Source of the DNA: an uncultured Desulfobacterales bacterium
GTDB taxonomy: Bacteria > Desulfobacterota > Desulfobaccia > Desulfobaccales > 0-14-0-80-60-11
Length of the DNA: 64,000 bases
Assembly (NCBI GenBank): GCA_964480485.1
Contig: CAYZOP010000007.1
Span: forward strand, 3,914-67,913
Direction: 5' to 3'
Numbering within the stretch: position 1 is the stretch's first letter; each line of letters opens with the position of its first letter. This document shows, in pieces, positions 31,654 through 39,626 of the stretch. The position numbers were made by a program, and so were the translations under genes. The notes under the pieces are model-generated. The model was not told the DNA's origin, ran no database searches, and saw nothing but the letters and a program-made list of their open reading frames with translations.

Positions 31654-31720
31654 TTTTAATCAAGAGCAAGCGGGAATCCAAAGCAGGTTTCTTTCACTGC
31701 TCGAACAAGGAGACCAGACC

Positions 31721-32629
31721 ATGTCCCGGCAAGATAATCAGGAACACCGTGGCCAGGAACGGCCCCAAATGACCGAAGTCTTCGGGTTTCAAGTGCCCAC
31801 CAGCGGATATTACCTGCACCGGGGACATGCCTGGGCCGTTATTGAGGCAGACGGCCACGTGCGGGTGGGGCTGGACGATTTCTCTCAGAAAGTCCTGGGG
31901 CCCGCCGATGCGGTCAAGCTGCCCGAAATCGGCAAAGCCTATTATCAGGACCACATCTGTCTGACCCAGGTGCGCCAGGGCCACAAGGCCCCCTTTCTGG
32001 CCCCGGTGGACGGCACGGTGGAGGCGGTCAACCAGTCTATTTTGAAACGCCCCGCCCTGATCCATGAAGACCCCTACAAAGAAGGCTGGCTCTTCACGGT
32101 TCGGCCCACCAACCTGAAGCGTAATCTGGAAAACCTGCTCTATGGCGAAGCCAGTGTGGCCTGGATCGACGAGGAATCCCACCGCCTGCTGCATCTCATG
32201 GAAACCAAGGTGGGGGTTACCCTGCCCAGCGGCGGTGCCTTCGTGGATGACATCTACGGCCACTACCCCTCCTTGGGGTGGCGTCCCCTGGTCCAGGACC
32301 TGTTTTTACCCATCCTGACCAGGACCTGGAGAAAACGGCCGTCGGCGCTGGAGGCCAGGGATATCGAGGAACTGCGCCGGGAGGTCTTTCGGGTCTTGAG
32401 CCGGGCGTCGGAAGATCGGGATTTTCGGATCGCCCTGATGGACCTCCGGACCGAGGTCCTGGACGCCTACCGGCTGCCCCCCGAAGCCAAGACCGCCATC
32501 CTGGCGGGTGATTTGACCTGGCTGAACGAGCATATCGGCGATCTTACCCAGAAACAGCTGATGTTCATCCTGTCCTGCCTGCTTCCGGGCAATGCCTTCT
32601 TTCGGGGCAAGGCGGCCAGGGCCAGCTGA
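31721..32629 (+). CDS. GcvH-like domain protein with conserved extension and helical tail (paralog 1)
   Basis: AAGGAGA RBS. Residues from about 30 to 140 align without gaps to the glycine-cleavage H fold (HAWA...VGLDDF....LG......LPEIG.........APVDG.V..VN.......P..I..DPY..GWLF). The lipoyl-Lys column is Gly. Confidence 0.75.
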   Translation: MSRQDNQEHRGQERPQMTEVFGFQVPTSGYYLHRGHAWAVIEADGHVRVGLDDFSQKVLGPADAVKLPEIGKAYYQDHICLTQVRQGHKAPFLAPVDGTVEAVNQSILKRPALIHEDPYKEGWLFTVRPTNLKRNLENLLYGEASVAWIDEESHRLLHLMETKVGVTLPSGGAFVDDIYGHYPSLGWRPLVQDLFLPILTRTWRKRPSALEARDIEELRREVFRVLSRASEDRDFRIALMDLRTEVLDAYRLPPEAKTAILAGDLTWLNEHIGDLTQKQLMFILSCLLPGNAFFRGKAARAS

Positions 32630-32773
32630 CTGCCGGTGGGAACAAGCGGACCCTGCCGGGTGGTCCCGATCGGGCCGGCAACCTCTCCTGACCCGGCCGG
32701 GCCCCGGATGACCAGGGAAAAACCTCGGGCTGCGCTGGGACGGCCCCAAAACCCCACGCAACGGTGAGCGACT

Positions 32774-32878
32774 ATGACAAAATCATTCCTCTACACCGTC
32801 TTCATCGCCATGGCAATGCTGGCGGGAACGGTGGCGTTATTCTTCATCTTCGCCATGGGGGGCAGGATCAACCCATAG
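32774..32878 (+). CDS. Candidate 34-aa single-TM small protein (below the ORF-track size cutoff)
   Basis: ATG 32774 to TAG 32876-32878 gives MTKSFLYTVFIAMAMLAGTVALFFIFAMGGRINP. It is hydrophobic, mostly has C or G in the third codon position, and lies between the GcvH-like gene and hdrA. Confidence 0.35.
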   Translation: MTKSFLYTVFIAMAMLAGTVALFFIFAMGGRINP

Positions 32879-33039
32879 GCTTGAACCAACCGGGCGGGGA
32901 TGCCATCATGAAACCATGGACAGGGCTGGGCTCGAAGGCCGGCGGTGCCTTCCCGGGCAGGCCCTTCCCTGGCGGGCCCCCGGAAAATTCTCGGATTTTG
33001 AAACCTCGGTGCTCCAAACCCTGAACCAGGGAGGATTGC

Positions 33040-36000
33040 ATGAATTCCAGCGGCTCTCCATCTGAAAGACACGGGGCGGTGTTGGTGGTAGGCGGCGGCA
33101 TCGCCGGGATCCAGGCAGCTCTGGACTTGGCCGATGCCGGGTTTTTCGTTCATCTGGCGGAGCAGAGCGCCGGCATCGGCGGCGCCATGGCCCAGTTGGA
33201 CAAAACCTTCCCCACCAACGACTGCGCCATGTGAATTATTTCGCCCAAGCTGGTCGAGTGCGGTCGGCACTTGAACATTGAGCTGTTGACGCTCACGGAA
33301 TTGGCAAGCCTGGAGGGAGAGGCGGGAAATTTCACCGCGACCCTGAGGAAAAAGCCCCGCTACGTTGACCTGGACAAATGCATCGGCTGCGGCCTGTGCG
33401 CCGAAAAATGCCCCAAAAAGGCGCCGGATGAATACAACCTGGGCCTGGCCAGGCGCAAAGCCATCTATGTGAAATACAGCCAGACGGTCCCCCTGAAATA
33501 CGCCATCGACCCGGAGACCTGCATCTACTTCAAAAAGGGCACCTGCAAGGCCTGCGAGAAGCATTGTCCCGCCGGCGCCATCAAACTGGACGACCAGGAG
33601 GAACGGCTCATCCGGAAGGTGGGAGCCGTGGTCCTGGCCACCGGTTTTCAGCCTTACAACCCAAAGGTCCTTACCGGCTACGGCTACGGCAGCCATCCGG
33701 CGGTGGTCACCAGCCTGGAATTCGAGCGCATCCTGAGCGCCTCCGGGCCCTTCGGCGGTCATCTGGTACGGCCGGCGGACCACGCCGAACCCAAGCGCAT
33801 CGCCTGGCTGCAGTGCGTCGGTTCCCGGGACACCAAGCCGGAGTCGCACACCTACTGCTCCGGCGTTTGCTGCATGTACGCCATCAAACAGGCGGTCATC
33901 GCCAAGGAGCATGCCGGCGGCCACCTGGACACCACCATCTTCTTCATGGACATGCGCACCTATGGCAAGGATTTCGAGCGTTATTACGAAAACGCCAGGG
34001 ACGGCCTGGGGGTGCGGTTCGTCCGCTTCCGGGTGCATTCCGTGGACCCTCTGGGTGGGGACCGCAAACAGGTGCGCATCACTTATTTGGAGGAGGACGG
34101 CACCCCCAGGCAGGAGCTATTCGACTTGGTGGTGCTCTCCATCGGCCTGGAGCCTGCCGCTGACACCCAGGCGCTGGCCGGGAGGCTGGGCGTGGAACTG
34201 GACCGTCATGGGTTCATCACCGCCAGCTCCTTTGCCCCGGTGGCCACCAGCCGTCCGGGGGTGTACGTCTGCGGCGCCTTGGCCGGCCCCAAGGACATCC
34301 CCTATTCGGTGATGGAGGCCTCGGCGGCGGCCGGGGCGGCGGCCAGTACCCTCAGCGACCAGCGCTTCACCCAGGTCCTGGAGAAGACCTACCCGGCGGA
34401 GCGCGACGTGACCCAGGAACCCCCCCGCATCGGGGTTTTCGTATGCAATTGCGGCATTAATATCGGCGGGGTGGTGGACGTCCACCAGGTGGCCGAATAT
34501 GCCCGCACCCTGCCCCAGGTGGTGCACGTGGAGGAAAACCTTTACACCTGCGCCCAGGACACCCAGGACCGCATGAGTGAAATCATTGCGGAACAAGGCT
34601 TAAACCGGGTGGTGGTGGCCGCCTGTTCGCCCCGGACCCACGAGGCCTTGTTCCAGGAAACCCTGAACAATGCCGGCCTGAACAAGTACCTCTTCGAGAT
34701 GGCCAACATCCGCAACCACGATTCCTGGGTGCATGCCCAGACCCCGGACTTGGCCACTCAAAAAGCCAAGGACCTGGTGCGCATGGCGGTGGCTAAAGCG
34801 GCGCTCCTAGGTCCCCTCACCGAGGCGGAGTTGCCGGTGACCCAAAGCGCCCTGGTGGTGGGCGGCGGTGTGGCCGGCATGACCTCGGCCCTCACGCTGG
34901 CCCGACAGGGCTATCCGGTCCACCTGGTGGAGCAAGGCGACGTCTTGGGCGGCGCCGCCCGGCGGCTGTTGGCCACCTACCGGGGTGAGGAGGTGGGGGC
35001 TTTCGTGGACCGGCTGACCGCCGAGGTTTCGGCCGAACCCCAGATCACCGTGCACCTCCAAAGTTCCCTGACAGAAGTCCAGGGGTTTGTGGGCAACTTT
35101 CAAACCAGCCTTAAGACCCCTTCAGGGCCGGTCACCATCCCTCACGGCGTGGCAGTGCTGGCCACCGGGGCCAAGGAATACCGGCCCCAGGAATACCTCT
35201 ACGGCGACCACCCCGGGGTGGTGACCCAACTGGAGCTGGACGAACTGCTCCGCCGGGAGGACCCCCGGCTGAATGGGCTGGAGAGCCTGGCCTTCATTCA
35301 GTGCGTGGGCTCCCGGGACGAACAGCACCCTTACTGCTCCAAGGTCTGCTGCACCCACTCGGTGAAGGCCGCCCTGGAGATCAAGCGTCGCCGGCCCGAA
35401 GCGGCGGTGACCATCCTGTATCGGGACATGCGGACCTACGGGCCCCGGGAGGACCTCTACATCGCCGCCCGGGAGGAGGGCGTGCTGTTCGCCCGCTACT
35501 CCCTGGACCGGAAACCCACGGTCAGTGAGGAGGACGGGCGGCTTTCTCTGAAGTTTGTGGACCCCATCCTGGGACGGGCGGTGGCGTTGCCGGTGGATCT
35601 CCTCTGCCTGGCCGCGGCCATCGAATCCCACCACGACCAGCAGTTGGCCCAGATGTTCCGGGTGCCATTAGACGGCGACGGCTGGTTTTTAGAGGCCCAC
35701 CAGAAGCTCAGGCCGGTGGACTTTGCCAACGACGGCATCTTCCTGTGCGGCATGGCCCACTATCCCAAGCCCCTGGAGGAAAGCATCGCCCAGGCCCAGG
35801 CGGCTGCAGCCCGGGCGGCCACGGTGCTGTGCAAGAGCAGCATCCGGGTGAGCGGGTTGGTGTCCCGCATCACCCCGGAACTCTGCTGCGGCTGCCAGAT
35901 CTGTGTCAATGTCTGCCCCTATCAGGCCATCAGCTATGACGAGGGCCGGGGGGTGGCCATGGTGAACGAGGCGTTGTGCAAGGGGTGCGGGGCCTGCGCT

Positions 36001-36087
36001 GCCGCCTGCCCCTGCGAGGCCCCCCTGCTTATGGGGTTCACCCATCGTCAGTTGTATGCCCAGATCAAGAATGCCCTAGCGTTTTGA
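33040..36087 (+). CDS. hdrA: HdrA-like heterodisulfide reductase subunit A, selenocysteine-containing, extended (about 1015 aa) two-Rossmann form
   Basis: Track ORFs 33040..33234 and 33271..36087 share one frame. The TGA at 33232-33234 sits in [30 protein letters not shown], the HdrA Cys/Sec site. There are two GxGxxG motifs ([24 protein letters not shown]) and several 4Fe-4S CxxCxxCxxxCP motifs. A GGGAGG RBS is present. Confidence 0.9.
33232..33273 (+). promoter_or_regulatory. Candidate SECIS hairpin after the hdrA UGA
   Basis: CGAGUGC-GGUCG-GCACUUG (7-bp stem, 33255-33273). The loop contains GGUC and starts 27 nt after the UGA, further than in fdhF. Confidence 0.4.
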
Positions 36088-36107
36088 CCGCCGATGGAGG
36101 AGGCGTC

Positions 36108-36617
36108 ATGGAAGAAAGACCATTTGAGCCTAGACTGCTGGCATTTGTCTGCAACTGGTGCGCCTACGGCGCCGCAGACCTGGCCGGGGTGAGCCGGCTG
36201 CAATACCCGGCCAATGTCCGGCTGCTTCGGGTCATGTGTTCCGCCACGGTGTCGCCGCACCACATCCTCAGGGCCTTGCAGAGCGGGGCCGACGGTATCC
36301 TGGTGGGCGGCTGACACCTGGGGGACTGCCATTACCTGTATGGTAATCACATGACGCAAAAAAGGATGCTGTTCTTGCAGGATTTCTTATCCTTTGTGGG
36401 CCTGGGAGGGAGGTTGCGCCTGGAATGGATCTCCTCGGCCGAGGCCAACAAGTTTGTCCAGGTCGTCACTGAATTCACCGAGCAGATTCGCCGCTTGGGG
36501 CCCAGCCCCCTGCGCACCGGCCAGGAGGCGTTGGCCGCTCTGCACCTGCCGCCGGTCTCGGAGGCCGCCGGCCGGGCTGCCTGCCCCTGCGGCCACGCAC
36601 CCCAGGTGGTGGTATAG
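36108..36617 (+). CDS. mvhD: MvhD-like (methyl-viologen-reducing hydrogenase delta) 2Fe-2S protein, selenocysteine-containing
   Basis: MEERPFEPRLLAFVCNWCAYGAADLAGVSRLQYP...ADGILVGG-U-HLGDCHYLYGN...RLRLEWISSAE. The TGA at 36312-36314 aligns with the Cys of the MvhD motif GGCHxGDCHY. Track ORFs 35976..36314 and 36351..36617 are in frame. Confidence 0.88.
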
Positions 36618-36626
36618 GTACCGCTT

Positions 36627-37445
36627 ATGGCTGAGCTACATGACACTGTGCGCGAGTGGCTGGAAAGCGGCAGGGTGGACCTCTTCCTGGGCTATCGGGA
36701 GGTGACCGGTCATCCCCTGCCTTACGCCTTTACCAAAGAAAACCTGGAGGAATTGACCGAGCTGGAAACCAGCCTGAGCCGCTATCCTTTGGAGAAACTG
36801 GCAGCCGGCATCCTGGCGGTCCAGCCCGAGCTTAAGATCGGCCTCTTGGGCCGGGACTGCAACCGTCGGGCGGTAAACGTGCTCTTGGTGCACCAGCAGG
36901 TGGCCCCGGGACAGATTGAGGTGCTGGAGGTGAATTGCTGTCCTTCGCCCTTAAAGCCCCGACCCGACTGCTCCTCGCTTTCACCCCGGACTTACGGTCC
37001 GGTGAAGCTGGCCGAGGGCATCAACAACAACCTGACGCCGGCTCAATTCGAGCAGTACGGCCAGACGGAGCGTTTTGACCGCTGGCTGTATGAATTTCAG
37101 AAGTGCCTGAAATGTTACGGCTGCCGGGATATCTGCCCGGTGTGCTTCTGCCGGGAGTGCTCCCTGGAGCATGGGGACCTGGTGGAGACCGGGGCTCTGC
37201 CACCGGAAGTGCCGCTCTTCCATCTCATCCGGGCGGTGCACATGGCGGGCCGCTGCATCGACTGCGGCCTGTGCGAGGATGCCTGTCCGGTGGACATACC
37301 CCTGCGGCTGCTGTACCGGAAAACCAATCAGATCGTCAAGGACCTGTTCGGCTACGAAACCGGCCTGAGCCTGCGGCAGCCTCCCTTCAGCCTCCTGGGT
37401 GAACGCGCCCCGGGCGGGGGCGAGGTCAAGCAGGCGGCGACCTAA
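36627..37445 (+). CDS. 4Fe-4S dicluster protein, putative electron-transfer subunit between MvhD/HdrA and FdhA
   Basis: C-terminal half: CLKCYGCRDICPVCFC...CIDCGLCEDACP. The N-terminal 150 aa or so are unassigned. Confidence 0.72.
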   Translation: MAELHDTVREWLESGRVDLFLGYREVTGHPLPYAFTKENLEELTELETSLSRYPLEKLAAGILAVQPELKIGLLGRDCNRRAVNVLLVHQQVAPGQIEVLEVNCCPSPLKPRPDCSSLSPRTYGPVKLAEGINNNLTPAQFEQYGQTERFDRWLYEFQKCLKCYGCRDICPVCFCRECSLEHGDLVETGALPPEVPLFHLIRAVHMAGRCIDCGLCEDACPVDIPLRLLYRKTNQIVKDLFGYETGLSLRQPPFSLLGERAPGGGEVKQAAT

Positions 37446-37470
37446 AGAACCGGCAGTCTGGAGAATCATC

Positions 37471-39516
37471 ATGTACAAACTGGTTCCTTCGGTATGTTCC
37501 TATTGCGGCACCGGCTGCGGGGTGTTGTTTCAGGTTCTGGATGGTCAGATTCTTGGGACCCTGCCGCTGAAAACCCACCCGGTGAACGAGGGCAAACTGT
37601 GCATCAAGGGCTGGAACCTGCATGAATACGTGAACAGCTTCATGCGCTTGCAAGCCCCCCGCATCCGCATCAACGGGCGCCTGCACCAGGTTACCTGGGA
37701 CCGGGCCATCGGGTTTTGCGCCGACCGGCTCAAGAGCGTCATCGCCCAGCACGGGCCGGACAGCGTCGGAGTGCTGGCCTCGGCCAAAATCACCAACGAG
37801 GAGAACTACCTCTTGCAGAAATTCGCCCGGGCGGTGGTGGGCACCAACAATGTTGACCACTGCGCCCGCCTCTGACACTCCTCCACGGTGGTAGGTCTTA
37901 CCGCCGCCTTCGGGAGTGGGGCCATGACCAACTCCATCGCCGAGATCGAGGATGCGGGGTGCATTTTCGTCATCGGTTCCAACACTTCCGCCTGCCATCC
38001 CCTCATCGCCCGCCGGGTGCTCCGGGCCCGGGAAAAGGGGGCCAAGCTGCTGGTGGCCGACCCCCGGCGCATCCACCTAGGTCTCTTCGCCGACGTGGCC
38101 GTCAATCAGCGGGTAGGGAGCGACGTGGCCCTGCTCAATGGTCTGATGCACCTGATTCTCAGAAATGGTTGGGAGGACCGGGACTACATTGCCGAACGCA
38201 CCGAGGGCTTCGCGGAACTGGAACAGTCCCTGGCAGACTATCCGCCGGAGCGCGTCCAGGCCATCACCGGCGTCAGCCCGGCAGACCTGGAGAAGCTGGC
38301 CCGGCTTTATGCCACCCACCGGCCAGCCGCCATCCTCTACACCATGGGCATCACCCAGCACACCACCGGGGTGGACAACGTCAAGGCCATCTGTAACCTG
38401 GCCATGCTCACCGGCAACGTGGGCTTTCCCAGCTCCGGGGTCAACCCCTTGCGGGGGCAGAACAACGTCCAGGGCGCCTGCGACATGGGCGGCCTGCCCA
38501 ATGTCTTTCCCGGCTACCAGGCGGTGAACGTCCCGGATCACCATGCCAAATTTTCCAAGGCGTGGGGCCGGCCCCTGTCGGACAAGCCCGGGCTGACCAT
38601 CATGGAAATGGTCCAGGCCATCGACGCCGGCAAGATGAAGGCCCTGTACGTGGTGGGGGAAAATCCCAAACTCAGCGATCCGGACATGAACCACCTGCGC
38701 CACGCCATGCAGAAGCTGGATCTGCTCATCGTCCAGGATCTCTTTCTTTCGGAGACCGCCCAGGGCGCGGACGTGGTCTTCGCCGCGGCCTCCACCGCCG
38801 AGAAGGACGGCACGTTCACCAACACCGAAAGACGGTGCCTGCGCATCAACAAGGCTATCGAACCGGTGGGTCAGAGTTTGCCCGACTGGGAGATCATCTG
38901 CCGGCTGGCCACCGCCATGGGCTACCCCATGACCTACGGCAGCGCCGCCGAGATTTTCCGAGAGATCGCTTCCCTGACCCCCAGCTACGGCGGCATGAGC
39001 TATGAGCGCCTGGGGATTGACGGATTGCAGTGGCCCTGCCCCACCCCTGAACATCCGGGGACCACATACCTGCATCGGGACCGGTTCACCCGGGGGCGGG
39101 GGAAGTTCCACGTAATCCCGTATCAGGACCCGGCGGAGCTGCCGGATGCCGACTATCCCTTTTTCCTGACCACCGGCCGGACCTTCGTCCATTACCACAC
39201 CGGCACCATGACCCGGGTGTCAGCTCATTTGGACCGGGAGCAGCCCACAGGCTTTGTGGAAATCAACCCGGAGGACGCGGCCAGACTGGACATTCAGGAA
39301 GGAGACCACCTGCTGGTGTCCTCCAAGCGGGGACGCATCGAGGTACCGGCCCACATCAGCCACTCGGTGCTGCCCGGCAACCTGTTTCTGCCCATTCACT
39401 TCGGCGAAAACCCCACCAACGTGCTGACCAGCGCCGAGGCCCTGGACCCCCTGGCCAAAATTCCGGAGTTCAAAGTGAGCAAGGCCCGGGTGGAAAAATT
39501 GGTGGAAGCATGCTAA
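37471..39516 (+). CDS. fdhA: Formate dehydrogenase catalytic subunit, cytoplasmic, selenocysteine-containing (paralog 2)
   Basis: MYKLVPSVCSYCGTGCG 4Fe-4S N-terminus with no Tat signal. The TGA at 37873-37875 sits in [30 protein letters not shown]. Track ORFs 37399..37875 and 37888..39516 are in frame (2046 nt from ATG 37471). Confidence 0.9.
37873..37905 (+). promoter_or_regulatory. Candidate SECIS hairpin after the fdhA-2 UGA
   Basis: GGUGGUA-GGUCU-UACCGCC (7-bp stem including one G-U pair, 37887-37905). The loop starts 18 nt after the UGA. Confidence 0.6.
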
Positions 39517-39626
39517 CTTAAAGAAGCAGGCAGTGCCGGCGGAGGCTTGACGAGGAAGGCCGGGAACCTCCGAGGTCCAGATCTTCCCGCTCCGCCGTCG
39601 CCGGTTCACGCCTCCCGGAAGGCCTT

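Noticed and set aside
32879-32975. 31-codon ORF MKPWTGLGSKAGGAFPGRPFPGGPPENSRIL upstream of hdrA
   Set aside because: It is a Gly/Pro-rich low-complexity product with no RBS. It is less convincing than the adjacent hydrophobic 34-codon ORF.
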